A stretch of 39,468 nt of DNA from Candidatus Binatia bacterium (GTDB lineage Bacteria > Desulfobacterota > Binatia > UBA1149 > CAITLU01): contig JBHEOD010000004.1 of NCBI GenBank assembly GCA_046261745.1, forward strand, positions 2,528 through 41,995. The letters are read 5' to 3'. The notes beneath the pieces were generated by a model that saw nothing but the letters and a program-made list of their open reading frames with translations, was not told where the DNA came from and made no database searches. This document shows positions 1 to 9,177 of this stretch, piece after piece. Made by a program: the position numbers and the translations under genes. Every line of letters starts with the position of its first letter. Within the stretch, counting starts at the first letter, position 1.

Positions 1-574
1 TCGCGAGGAATTCCCCCACCTGGCCGATGTGCTGACGCGCGCATTCGGGGCGGATCCTTTCCACCGCTGGCTGTTTCCGGACCAGGAGGCCCGCCCGCGA
101 CGCCAGAGAATGCTCTTCGAAAGGGTGCTCGCCATCTACGACCGTCACGGCGTGGTCTACACCACCACGGACGGCTCCGGCGTCGCGTTGTGGGACCCTC
201 CGCGCGACGGCGGGCCCAGCCTTACCGAGTTACTTTCGTTCGTGGTGAAGGTGCTGCCCGTGTTCGGCGTGCGGGCGCTCAGGATCGCCCAGGGGATGGC
301 GCCGCTCACCTCGATGCATCCCGCCGAGCCCCACTGGTACCTGTCGGTGCTCGGCACCGATCCCGCGCGTCAGCGCGGCGGGGTGGGCGCGGCGCTGCTC
401 TCTCCGGTGCTCGAACGCTGCGACGAGGAAAACACATCGGCCTACCTTGAATCGTCGCGGCTCGAGAATGTGCCGTACTACGAGCGCTTCGGCTTCGAAG
501 TGGTCGCGCCTGTGGCGATGCCCGCCGGCGGCCCGGTGGTGTACCGCATGAAGCGCGAGCCGCGGGGTCAGTAG
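1..574 (+). CDS. GNAT family N-acetyltransferase (5' truncated by window edge)
   Basis: Frame is open from position 2 (REEFPHLADVLTRAF...). Contains HWYLSVLGTDPARQRGGVGAALL (acetyl-CoA motif A) and YLESS...NVPYYERFGF. Confidence 0.9.
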   Translation, partial: REEFPHLADVLTRAFGADPFHRWLFPDQEARPRRQRMLFERVLAIYDRHGVVYTTTDGSGVALWDPPRDGGPSLTELLSFVVKVLPVFGVRALRIAQGMAPLTSMHPAEPHWYLSVLGTDPARQRGGVGAALLSPVLERCDEENTSAYLESSRLENVPYYERFGFEVVAPVAMPAGGPVVYRMKREPRGQ

Positions 575-594
575 GTGAAGCCTCGTCTCCCGAG

Positions 595-2169
595 ATGAAT
601 GACGCGTTCCCCTATCTCTCCCGCCGTATGCCGGTGCTGGCTGCCAACGTGGTCGCGACGTCGCAGCCGCTCGCCTCGCAAGCCGGGCTACGCATGCTCG
701 CCCGTGGCGGCAATGCGGTGGATGCTGCACTTGCCGCCGCCATCGCGCTGACGGTCGTCGAACCTGTCAACAACGGACTCGGCAGCGATGCATTCGCGAT
801 CGTCGCACACGACGGCGTGCTGCACGGCCTCAATGCGTCGGGGCGCAGCCCGGCTGCCATGACGGCGGCGCGTTTTGAGGGGCAGTCTCGAGTGCCGATG
901 CTCGGCTGGGACGCGGTGACGGTGCCCGGCGCGGTCTCGGCGTGGGTGGAGTTGTCTTCGCGCCTGGGCCGGCTTCCGTTCGAGGCCCTGTTCGAACCGG
1001 CCGTGGATTATGCGGAGCGCGGGTTCCTGGTCTCGCCCGTGATCGCCTCGCAGTGGGCGATGGTCAGCGGACTTTACGCAGGCTTCGAGGAATTTGCGCG
1101 GGTGTTCCTCCCCGGAGGGCGCGCGCCGCGCATGGGCGAGACAATGGTGCTGACGGATCTTGGCGCGAGCCTTCGGCAGGTAGCGGAAACACGCGGAGAG
1201 GCCCTCTACCGCGGGGGGCTCGGCGAGGCGTTCGTGGCGGCGTCCCGCGCCGGTGGAGGGTTCTTCACGCAGGAGGACCTGTCCATGCATCGCGCGGACT
1301 GGGTGGAGCCGATCTCCATTGAATTCGCCGGTGTGCGTCTGCACGAGATCCCGCCGAACGGGCAGGGCATCGCGGCGTTGATGGCGCTCGGAATTCTCGC
1401 CCATACCGATGTGCTTTCGCACGACGTCGATTCGGCCGGAAGCCTGCACCTGCAGATCGAGGCGATGAAACTCGCGTTCGCGGATGTGCATCGTGCCGTA
1501 TCGGACCCGGCCGCGATGACAGCGCGTGTCGCCGATCTGCTCGACGACGGCTACCTCGCGTCTCGCGCGACGCAGATCGATCCCCATCGGGCGCTTGATT
1601 TCCATGCAGGCAAGCCGGCGGTCGGCGACACCGTGTACCTGTGCGCGGCCGATGCCGACGGCACGATGGTGTCTTACATCCAGTCGAACTACTTCGCGTT
1701 CGGCTCGGGCATCGTCGTGCCGGGCACCGGCATGAGCCTGCAGAACCGCGGGAGCGGCTTTACGCTCGAGTCCGGCCATCCGAACGTGGTCGGCCCGGGC
1801 AAGCGGCCGTTCCACACGATCATTCCGGGCTTTGTCACGAAGGATGACGTGCCCGTCATGGCCTTCGGCGTGATGGGCGGAGCGATGCAGCCGCAGGGAC
1901 ACGTGCAGATGGTGATGCGCCTTTTCGGCCACGGCCAGAATCCGCAAGCGGCCGTGGACGCACCTCGCTGGCAGGTGACCGAAGGCCGCGGGGTGGCGGT
2001 GGAGGAGGGCGTATCTGCGAACGTGCGCGACGAGCTCATCGGGCGCGGTCACGACGTCACGGTCGCGCCGCCTCTCATGTTCGGCGGCGCGCAGGCGGCG
2101 ATGAAGATCGACGGCGGCTACATGGCCGCCACGGAGACCCGCAAGGACGGATTGGTCGCCGGATTTTGA
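595..2169 (+). CDS. ggt: Gamma-glutamyltransferase family protein (YwrD-like Ntn hydrolase)
   Basis: GGNAVDAA, EIPPNGQG, autocleavage Thr in GDTVYLCAAD, LQNRG, GKRPFHTIIP, FGVMGGAMQPQGH. Confidence 0.92.
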   Translation: MNDAFPYLSRRMPVLAANVVATSQPLASQAGLRMLARGGNAVDAALAAAIALTVVEPVNNGLGSDAFAIVAHDGVLHGLNASGRSPAAMTAARFEGQSRVPMLGWDAVTVPGAVSAWVELSSRLGRLPFEALFEPAVDYAERGFLVSPVIASQWAMVSGLYAGFEEFARVFLPGGRAPRMGETMVLTDLGASLRQVAETRGEALYRGGLGEAFVAASRAGGGFFTQEDLSMHRADWVEPISIEFAGVRLHEIPPNGQGIAALMALGILAHTDVLSHDVDSAGSLHLQIEAMKLAFADVHRAVSDPAAMTARVADLLDDGYLASRATQIDPHRALDFHAGKPAVGDTVYLCAADADGTMVSYIQSNYFAFGSGIVVPGTGMSLQNRGSGFTLESGHPNVVGPGKRPFHTIIPGFVTKDDVPVMAFGVMGGAMQPQGHVQMVMRLFGHGQNPQAAVDAPRWQVTEGRGVAVEEGVSANVRDELIGRGHDVTVAPPLMFGGAQAAMKIDGGYMAATETRKDGLVAGF

Positions 2170-2175
2170 GCGGCT

Positions 2176-2265
2176 GGAAATGGGGTCACAGGAAATGGGG
2201 TCAGACCCCATTTTCGGAAGCAGGGTCAGACCCATGCCCGGCGCTGCCGGAATCGGATCTGATCC
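2176..2265. repeat. Cluster of short REP-like palindromes (core GGGTC-A-GACCC)
   Basis: GGAAATGGGGTCA direct repeat at 2176-2188 and 2191-2203; palindrome AAATGGGGTC-A-GACCCCATTT at 2193-2213; GGGTCAGACCC at 2223-2233; variant GGATC-T-GATCC at 2255-2265. Confidence 0.6.
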
Positions 2266-2292
2266 CACTACCGCCAGGCCACGCTGCCGCGC

Positions 2293-2320
2293 TTGACGTA
2301 TTGCAAGGTCTTGCCAATCT
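2293..2320 (+). promoter_or_regulatory. Putative sigma70 promoter of the thiolase, with a palindromic operator in the spacer
   Basis: TTGACG (2293-2298), 16 nt spacer, CAATCT (2315-2320). GCAAG-GT-CTTGC palindrome at 2303-2314. Confidence 0.5.
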
Positions 2321-2416
2321 CCCGGCCAGCGGTATTCCAGAAGGCGCGCGCGTCGTGCGCCTCGAGCACCGGACGGGCCGCCGCTCGGCCCCTTTCGTCC
2401 AGGAGGATCAAAAGTC

Positions 2417-3607
2417 ATGCGTGAAGCCGTCATCGTCGATGCCATTCGTACTCCCCTCGGCCGCGGAAAGAAGAACGGAGCCCTTTCGGGCTGGCACGCC
2501 GTCGACCTGGCCGCCGAGCCGCTTCGCGCGCTGATCGCGCGCACCGGCCTCGATCCGGCCCTTGTCGAGGACGTGATCATGGGTTGCGTGGGCCAGGTGG
2601 GCGAGCAGGGGCTCAACATCGGCCGCAATGCGGCGCTGGCGGCCGGCTTTCCCGAAACCGTCTGCGGAACCACGGTGGACCGCCAGTGCGGATCGAGCCA
2701 GCAGGCACTGCATTTCGCCGCGCAAGGCGTGATGGCCGGCGCGTACGACTGCGTGATCGCGGCGGGCGTCGAGTCGATGAGTCGCGTACCGATGGGCACC
2801 ACCGCGATGGTCGGCGGCGCGCCGTTCGGACCGAAGATGATCGACCGCTACGTGGAGGCCAACCTCTACGGCCGCGGCGGGCTCGTGAACCAGGGCCTCT
2901 CGGCGGAGGAGATCTGCAAGAAGTGGAACCTCAAGCGCGAGGAACTCGACGCGTTCTCGGCGCAGTCGCACCAGCGCGCCGCCCGTGCGACGGAGATGGG
3001 CTGGTTTGCGCACGAGATCACGCCCGTCGAGCGCACCCACGACGACGGCGGCAAGGAACTCATCACGACCGACGAAGGAATCCGCGCCGAGACGACGGTG
3101 GAGAAGCTCGGAGCGCTGAGGCCTGCATTCGAGGAGACCGGCTGCATCACGGCCGGCAACTCGAGCCAGATCACCGACGGGGCTGCGGCGGTTCTGATCA
3201 TGGAGCGCGGCCGCGCCGAAGCGCTCGGCCTCAAGCCGCGTGCACGCTTTCATGCGTTCGCGCTCGGTTCCTGCGATCCGGTCATCATGCTGACGGCGCC
3301 GATTCCGGCCACCCACAACGTGCTCAAGCGTGCCGGTCTCGAGTTCTCGGACATCGACGCGGTCGAGATCAACGAAGCGTTCGCGCCGGTGGTGCTGGCC
3401 TGGGCGAAGGAGTTCGGGCCCGACATGTCGAAAGTGAATCCGAACGGCGGTGCGATCGCGCTCGGACATCCCCTCGGCTGCAGCGGCACGCGCCTGATGA
3501 CGACGCTTTTGAACCAGCTTGAGCGCTCGGGCGGCCGCTACGGCCTGCAGACGATGTGCGAAGGGGGCGGGATGGCGAACGCGACCGTCATTGAACGCCT
3601 GGGCTGA
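2417..3607 (+). CDS. Acetyl-CoA C-acyltransferase (thiolase), FadA6-like
   Basis: RBS AGGAGG upstream. Catalytic motifs VDRQCGSSQQA, NEAF, GHPLGCSG and GLQTMCEGGG. Confidence 0.93.
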   Translation: MREAVIVDAIRTPLGRGKKNGALSGWHAVDLAAEPLRALIARTGLDPALVEDVIMGCVGQVGEQGLNIGRNAALAAGFPETVCGTTVDRQCGSSQQALHFAAQGVMAGAYDCVIAAGVESMSRVPMGTTAMVGGAPFGPKMIDRYVEANLYGRGGLVNQGLSAEEICKKWNLKREELDAFSAQSHQRAARATEMGWFAHEITPVERTHDDGGKELITTDEGIRAETTVEKLGALRPAFEETGCITAGNSSQITDGAAAVLIMERGRAEALGLKPRARFHAFALGSCDPVIMLTAPIPATHNVLKRAGLEFSDIDAVEINEAFAPVVLAWAKEFGPDMSKVNPNGGAIALGHPLGCSGTRLMTTLLNQLERSGGRYGLQTMCEGGGMANATVIERLG

Positions 3608-3617
3608 CGTTTCGAAC

Positions 3618-3637
3618 GCTTGGGCCTCCGCCCAAGC
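3618..3637 (+). terminator. Hairpin just after the thiolase stop
   Basis: GCTTGGGC-CTCC-GCCCAAGC, an 8 bp perfect stem with no U-tract. Confidence 0.35.
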
Positions 3638-3714
3638 TATGGGAGAAACCTCGGCGGGCGCCCGAAGCGAGTGGGCACCCCGGGCGGAGTTACCGACAAG
3701 GGCCTGGGTGACGA

Positions 3715-4710
3715 ATGCAGACGGAAACACAGTACCGTTCTTTCGGCGCCCAGGCCCTTCACTATTTCCATCGTCCCCATGACGAGGTTGCGACCTCGCC
3801 GGTCGGCGGCGCGGCGGCGTGGCGCGGCCCCGAGGTGGCCGCACGCGACGACTGGATCGTGCGTTTCCCCGCTTCGGAAATCGACGAACTCGAGTCGGCT
3901 GCACGGCGCTGTTCGGATACACCGCTCGAATTTCTCGGACGCAACGACTTCGAATTGCCCACTCTCGCGCCGCGCATCGCCGCGTGGGCGGATACGTTTC
4001 GCAGCGGCCTCGGGCTCTTGCTGCTGCGCGGCCTTCCGGTCGAGCGCTGGGGAGAGGAACTCTCGTCGGTCGTGTTCTGGGGACTCGGACACCACCTGGG
4101 CGTGCCGGGCGGACAGAATCCGCAGGAAGAGCTGCTCGGCCACGTTCGCGACTACGGCGAGGATGCCGCCAGCCCGTTCGTACGCAAGTACCGCACGGCC
4201 GCGAACATCGCGTTCCACTGCGACCTCGCCGATATCGTCGGCCTGCTGTGCCTGCGCCCCGCGAAATCGGGCGGGGCAAGTCGCATCGTGAGTTCGGTTG
4301 CCGTCCACGACGAATTGCTGCGACAGCGGCCCGATCTCGCCCAAAGGCTCTACGAACCGTTCCTGCTCGATACGCGTGACGAATCGCGCGAGAGCCGCAT
4401 GCCCTGGGTACCCGTCCAGCCGTGTTGCTACAGCGAGGGCCGCCTTCGAACGTTCTACCACAGCGACTATTTCCGATCCGTGGAGCGCCACGCCGCGGCG
4501 CCGCGCTTTACGGAGCAAGAACGCGAACTACTCGACCTCTACGAGGAAATTGCCTCGTCTCCCGCGCTCTATCTCGACATGAGCTTCGAGCCCGGCGACG
4601 TGCAACTGATTTCCAACCACACCGTGCTGCACGCCCGCACGCAATACGAGGACTGGCCGGAACGGTCGCGTCGCCGGCATTTGCTCCGGCTTTGGCTCTC
4701 GCTGGAGTAA
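3715..4710 (+). CDS. TauD/TfdA family Fe(II)/2-oxoglutarate dioxygenase
   Basis: HxD facial-triad motif (AFHCD), distal His in NHTVLHARTQYED, and RRRHLLRLW at the C-terminus. Confidence 0.88.
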   Translation: MQTETQYRSFGAQALHYFHRPHDEVATSPVGGAAAWRGPEVAARDDWIVRFPASEIDELESAARRCSDTPLEFLGRNDFELPTLAPRIAAWADTFRSGLGLLLLRGLPVERWGEELSSVVFWGLGHHLGVPGGQNPQEELLGHVRDYGEDAASPFVRKYRTAANIAFHCDLADIVGLLCLRPAKSGGASRIVSSVAVHDELLRQRPDLAQRLYEPFLLDTRDESRESRMPWVPVQPCCYSEGRLRTFYHSDYFRSVERHAAAPRFTEQERELLDLYEEIASSPALYLDMSFEPGDVQLISNHTVLHARTQYEDWPERSRRRHLLRLWLSLE

Positions 4711-4729
4711 CCCGGGTTAAGGCCGGGCG

Positions 4730-5515
4730 TCAGCCGAACCGTCCTTCGATGTAATCCGCCGTGCGCTTGTCGCGCGGCGCAATGAAGAGATCTTCGGTGC
4801 GCCGGTGCTCGACGATTTCGCCAAGCAGCATGTAGACGCATTCGTCGCTGACACGGCGGGCCTGGGCCATGTTGTGGGTGACGATCACGATTGTGAACGT
4901 ACCGGCGAGCGCACGCATGAGCTCCTCGATGGCGGCGGTCGCGTCGGGGTCGAGCGTGGAGCAGGGCTCGTCCATCAGCAGGACCGACGGCTTGAGCGGT
5001 AGCAGTCGCGCGATGCAGAGTTTCTGCTGGGCCTCGAGCTGCAATTGGGTCGCCTTCAGGTCGAGGCGATCCTTCAGCGAGTCCCACAGCCGCACGGCCT
5101 TCAGCGCCGACTCGAGCTCGGCTTCCTCCGCGTCCCGGCTGCGCTGCCGCGACGGCGTGTGCAGGCGATAGCCGTAGAGCACGTTGTCGCGCACCGAGAT
5201 CGGCAGCGGATTGGGGCGCTGGAACACCATGCCCACCTGCTTGCGCAATTCCACCAGGTCGACGCCTTCGTCGTAGATGTTGTGGCCGTGGATGCGCACT
5301 TCGCCGGCCGTCGAGACGTAGTCGTGGCGCTCGTTGATGCGGTTGAAGCAGCGCAGCAGCGTCGACTTGCCGCAGCCCGACGGGCCGATCAATGCGGTGA
5401 TGCGACCATCGGTGATCTCCAGGTCGACGCCGCGCACGGCTTCGAACTTGCCGTAAAACAGCCGCAGGCCACGCGTGATGACGGCCGCCGTCCGGTTCTC
5501 GTCGAGCGTGGTCAT
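4730..5515 (-). CDS. pstB: Phosphate ABC transporter ATP-binding protein (downstream copy; degenerate signature motif)
   Basis: Real start is ATG 5515, overlapping the upstream stop. Motifs GPSGCGKS, VFQRPNP, LMDEPCSTLDP, VTHNMAQA, YIEGRFG; signature reads LQLEAQQK. Confidence 0.92.
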   Translation of the reverse strand: MTTLDENRTAAVITRGLRLFYGKFEAVRGVDLEITDGRITALIGPSGCGKSTLLRCFNRINERHDYVSTAGEVRIHGHNIYDEGVDLVELRKQVGMVFQRPNPLPISVRDNVLYGYRLHTPSRQRSRDAEEAELESALKAVRLWDSLKDRLDLKATQLQLEAQQKLCIARLLPLKPSVLLMDEPCSTLDPDATAAIEELMRALAGTFTIVIVTHNMAQARRVSDECVYMLLGEIVEHRRTEDLFIAPRDKRTADYIEGRFG

Positions 5516-6282
5516 CAGCCGAACAACCCCTGCACATACTGGTACGTGCGGGCATCCTGGGTGTTGCGCGAGTAGATGGTCTCGGTGGCGCCCACTTCGA
5601 TGAGACGACCGTCGAGGAAGAGGGCCGTGCGGTCGCCGAGGCGCCTGGCCTGCAGCACCAGGTTTGTCACCAGCACGACGGTCATCGTCGAGCGCAGCTC
5701 CTTGATGACTTCCTCGATGCGCATTGTGGTGACCGGGTCGACGGCGATCGAGAATTCGTCGAGGCAGAGGATCTCGGGCTCGAGCGACAGTGCACGCGCG
5801 ATCGTGAGGCGCTGCTGCTGGCCGCCGGACAGGCGGGTGCCGAGGTCTCCAAGCCGGTCCTTCACTTCGTCGAACAGCGCTGCCTGCCTCAGGCATCGTT
5901 CGACGAGATCGTCGAGCAGCGAGCGGCTGCGGATCCCGGCCATGCGCGGCGCGAAGGCGACATTGTCGTAGATCGACATCGGCAGGCCGACCGGCAGCGG
6001 AAACACGACGCCGATGCGGCGCCGCAGGGAGGCGACGTCGCGGATCGACATGACGTCTTCCCCGTCGATGCGGATGCATCCCTCCACCTTCATGCCGGGG
6101 ACCATGTCCGACATGCGGTTGATGCATTGCAGCAGCGTGGTCTTGCCGGCACCGGCCGGGCCGATGACGGCCAGGATCTCTCCCTCGAGCACGTCCAGCG
6201 ATACGCCGTCGAGCACCACGTGCTCGCCGTAGCGTACGCGCAGGTCGCGGATCTCGATCTTGGCGCGGGAGGTAGTCACCAT
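5515..6282 (-). CDS. pstB: Phosphate ABC transporter ATP-binding protein (upstream copy; degenerate Q-loop and H-loop)
   Basis: Start ATG 6282 overlaps the pstA stop. Motifs GPAGAGKT, LSGGQQQRL, CLDEFSIAVDP; Q-loop reads VFPLP and H-loop reads VTNL. Confidence 0.9.
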   Translation of the reverse strand: MVTTSRAKIEIRDLRVRYGEHVVLDGVSLDVLEGEILAVIGPAGAGKTTLLQCINRMSDMVPGMKVEGCIRIDGEDVMSIRDVASLRRRIGVVFPLPVGLPMSIYDNVAFAPRMAGIRSRSLLDDLVERCLRQAALFDEVKDRLGDLGTRLSGGQQQRLTIARALSLEPEILCLDEFSIAVDPVTTMRIEEVIKELRSTMTVVLVTNLVLQARRLGDRTALFLDGRLIEVGATETIYSRNTQDARTYQYVQGLFG

Positions 6283-7172
6283 TTTCTCCGCGCGCGCAGA
6301 TAGCTTCGCAACAGGATGGAGGAGAGGTTCACGCTCATGACCAGCACCACCAGCACCAGCGCGGTGGCGTAGGGCATCGCCGGCGGTACGTTGGGAACCT
6401 GGGTGGAAAGGGTGAACAGGTGCATCGACAGGGCCATGCACTGGTCGTGCACCGAATTCGGAAGGAAGGGCAGGTAGAAGGCCGCGCCCGTGAACATGAT
6501 CGGGGCGGTCTCGCCGGCTGCACGCGAGACCTGAAGGATCACGCCGGTGAGGATCCCCTGGATCGAGTTCGGAAGCACGACGTGGCGGATGGTCTGCCAG
6601 CGTGATGCGCCAAGCACCCAGCAGGCTTCCCGGAACGACATCGGAACCGCCGACAGCGCCTCCTTGGTGCTTGCGATGATCACCGGCAAGGTCATCACGG
6701 CGAGTGTCAGCGAAGCGGCCAGGATGCTGGTGCCGAGTTGCAGGAAAAGCACGAACGCGCCGACGCCGAACAGCGCGTGCACGATGCTCGGAACGCCGGC
6801 CAGGTTCACGATGGCGAGATGGATGATGCGCGTCATCCAGTTCTCCGGCGCGTACTCGTTGAGATAGATGGCGGCGAGGATGCCGATGGGCGCGGCGATC
6901 ATCAGGGACACGCCGACGAGCCAGAGGGTCCCGACGATGGTCGGGAAGATGCCGCCCGCGGTCATGCCGGCGGCCGGCGAGTCGAGCAGGAACGAGAGGC
7001 TCAGCGCCGGGGCGCCCTTCACGATGAGCAGCCCGAGGATCGCGGTGAGCGGAAGCACGAGCAGCACCGTCATCATCGCGAGGACCGCGCGCGCGACGCT
7101 TTCCGTGTGCCGGCCGGCCCGGGTTCGCTCCGTTGTGGTGAACGGGGAGGTGGCCTGGAATGGCTCACTCAT
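6276..7172 (-). CDS. pstA: Phosphate ABC transporter permease PstA
   Basis: ATG 7172 overlaps the pstC stop. YLNEYA, NLAGVPSIV, EAA-type loop SFREACWVLGASRWQTI, RAAGETAPI. Confidence 0.93.
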   Translation of the reverse strand: MSEPFQATSPFTTTERTRAGRHTESVARAVLAMMTVLLVLPLTAILGLLIVKGAPALSLSFLLDSPAAGMTAGGIFPTIVGTLWLVGVSLMIAAPIGILAAIYLNEYAPENWMTRIIHLAIVNLAGVPSIVHALFGVGAFVLFLQLGTSILAASLTLAVMTLPVIIASTKEALSAVPMSFREACWVLGASRWQTIRHVVLPNSIQGILTGVILQVSRAAGETAPIMFTGAAFYLPFLPNSVHDQCMALSMHLFTLSTQVPNVPPAMPYATALVLVVLVMSVNLSSILLRSYLRARRKW

Positions 7173-8101
7173 CGCGAGGCCTTGCGCCCGCGAACCATCA
7201 GGTCGGCGGTGAGGTTGACGATGAAGGTAAGCGTGAACAGCAGCACGCCGATGGCGAACAGGGCCTGGTAGTGGTCGCTGCCGCGTGCGGTCTCGCCGAG
7301 CTCGGCGGCGATGGTCGCGGTCAGCGTGCGCACGGAGTCGAGCGGGCTGTGCGGAATCTGCACCGCGTGACCGGTGGCCATCAGCACGGCGATGGTCTCC
7401 CCGATGGCGCGGCCGACACCGAGCAGCACGGCGGCCAGCAGACCGTTTCGAGCGGCCGGCAGCAGCACCTTCGTGATCGTCTGCCAGCGCGAGGCGCCCA
7501 TCGCGAGGGAGGCTTCCCGGTAGGAATCGGGAACCGCCTTGAGCGCGTCTTCCCCGATCGAGACGATGATCGGCACGCTCATCAGCCCGAGGATGAGTCC
7601 GCCGTTGAGCACGTTGAGCCCGATCGGCGCGTCGAACATCGCGATGATCATCGGGTTGACCATGGCCAGTCCGATGAAGCCCCACACGACGGAGGGGATG
7701 GCCGCGAGGAGCTCGATAACGACCTTGAGCAGTTCCTTGCGGCGGCCCGTGGTGAACTCGGACACGAAGATGGCGGCACCGAGGCCGAACGGCACGGCGA
7801 TCGCCATCGCGAGGGCCGTGACGCTGACGGTGCCGGCAATCAGCGCCAGCGTTCCGTAGCGCTTCTGGCCGACCGAGGTAGGCACCCACTCGGTGCTGAA
7901 CAGGAACTGTCCGAAGTCGAGCCGATTCACGATGAATTCGGCTCCCGAACCCACCACGAACACGAAGATCGCGAACACGAAAAAGATCGCGCTGAATCCG
8001 CATGCACGGATGAGCAACTCGACGAGTCGCTCGATGGTCACGGAGGCGAGGCTGCGCCCCCGGCGGACCGGGGGATGCCTTGTCACGGACGGTGATGTCA
8101 T
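7169..8101 (-). CDS. pstC: Phosphate ABC transporter permease PstC
   Basis: ELLAAIPSVVWG, EDALKAVP..REASLAMGASRWQT, GRAIGETIAV. Confidence 0.93.
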   Translation of the reverse strand: MTSPSVTRHPPVRRGRSLASVTIERLVELLIRACGFSAIFFVFAIFVFVVGSGAEFIVNRLDFGQFLFSTEWVPTSVGQKRYGTLALIAGTVSVTALAMAIAVPFGLGAAIFVSEFTTGRRKELLKVVIELLAAIPSVVWGFIGLAMVNPMIIAMFDAPIGLNVLNGGLILGLMSVPIIVSIGEDALKAVPDSYREASLAMGASRWQTITKVLLPAARNGLLAAVLLGVGRAIGETIAVLMATGHAVQIPHSPLDSVRTLTATIAAELGETARGSDHYQALFAIGVLLFTLTFIVNLTADLMVRGRKASR

Positions 8102-8235
8102 GGCCGGTGAATTCTCAGTCCGATGTCGATTGGGCGGATTGGGTGTTTCGATGTCGCGCTCGTCGGTTCATGGTCTGTTGCCCCGGTCGTCGCTGGATCG
8201 TCGCGCTTACTCGTCCCGGCTGGCGCTCTCGTGCT

Positions 8236-9102
8236 TCAAAGCGGGACGAACCCGTTCTCGCCGACGATTTTCTGGCCCGCCGGCGACAGGATCCAGTCGA
8301 GATAGGTTTTCGTCTCGCCCTGGGGCTCGCCGAGCGTGTACATGAAAAGGTTGCGCGAAAGCGGGTACTCGCCGCTCTTGGCGGTCTCGAGGGTCGGGGC
8401 CACGCAGGGAGTGGTAGTGTCCTTGGCCAGGCAGACCTGATGGACCTCGTGGGTGGCGTAGCCCATGCCGCTGTAGCCGATCGCGCACGGTGTCTTGGAG
8501 ACGAGATCGACGACATCCTTGCTGCCCTGCATGTCGCGCGATCCGAGTTTGAAGTCGCTCGTCGCACCGAGCACCGCTTCACGGAAATACTCGTATGTGC
8601 CCGAGTTCGACTGCCGGCTGACGCGGATGATCTTCTGGTCGGCGCAGCCCGGGACCTCCACGCCAACCGAGGTCCAGGTGTCGCAGGTTCCCTTCTCCCC
8701 GTAGATGCATGCGAGGTTTTCCATTGTGAGAGTCTTGGCGGGGTTGGCGGCGTGCACGTAGACCACGATGGCGTCTCGCGCCACCTTGAACTCGACCGCT
8801 TCCTTGCCGGTGTGGCTCTTGACCTGCTCGCGCTCGTCGGCGTGAATGTCGCGGCTTGAATTGGCGATGTCGACGTTGCCGTTGATCAGCGCGGCGATGC
8901 CGGTGCCGCTTCCGCCGCCGCTAACTGCTACGGCGACGGTCGGCTTCACGGTACGATAGGTTTCCGCCCAGGCCTGCGCGACGTTGACCAGGGTGTCGGA
9001 GCCCTTGTTCTGAAGAAGAACGCGGTCTCCGCTGCCGCGCGAGCACGCAGAGAGCATCGCCAACGCAGCCGCTGTCATGATTAGGGTGGTTCTCGAGCTC
9101 AT
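8236..9102 (-). CDS. pstS: Phosphate ABC transporter substrate-binding lipoprotein
   Basis: ATG 9102 with GGAG upstream; lipobox-like MLSAC; KGSDT, GGGSGTG, SRQSNSGT, YPLSRNLFMY. Confidence 0.92.
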   Translation of the reverse strand: MSSRTTLIMTAAALAMLSACSRGSGDRVLLQNKGSDTLVNVAQAWAETYRTVKPTVAVAVSGGGSGTGIAALINGNVDIANSSRDIHADEREQVKSHTGKEAVEFKVARDAIVVYVHAANPAKTLTMENLACIYGEKGTCDTWTSVGVEVPGCADQKIIRVSRQSNSGTYEYFREAVLGATSDFKLGSRDMQGSKDVVDLVSKTPCAIGYSGMGYATHEVHQVCLAKDTTTPCVAPTLETAKSGEYPLSRNLFMYTLGEPQGETKTYLDWILSPAGQKIVGENGFVPL

Positions 9103-9177
9103 TTCCAGTTTTCTCCGAATCGGCACGTCGTCATCGCCAAGGCCGGCGGGTTGGCTTCATCGAGACACGCGCGCCGT

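Noticed and set aside
2176-2265. CRISPR array or tRNA/att site
   Set aside because: Units are too short and irregular, with no spacers, cas genes, integrase or cloverleaf.
1-4710. GNAT + GGT + TauD as a secondary-metabolite or bile-salt deconjugation pathway
   Set aside because: No scaffold-forming enzyme is present, and the genes are separated by a repeat cluster, a separate promoter and a hairpin. Nothing in the sequence ties them to one substrate.
8102-8235. 134 bp pstS-pstC gap containing a tiny ORF (MNRRARHRNTQSAQSTSD)
   Set aside because: No clear RBS, no convincing structure and no motif. A gap after pstS is common.
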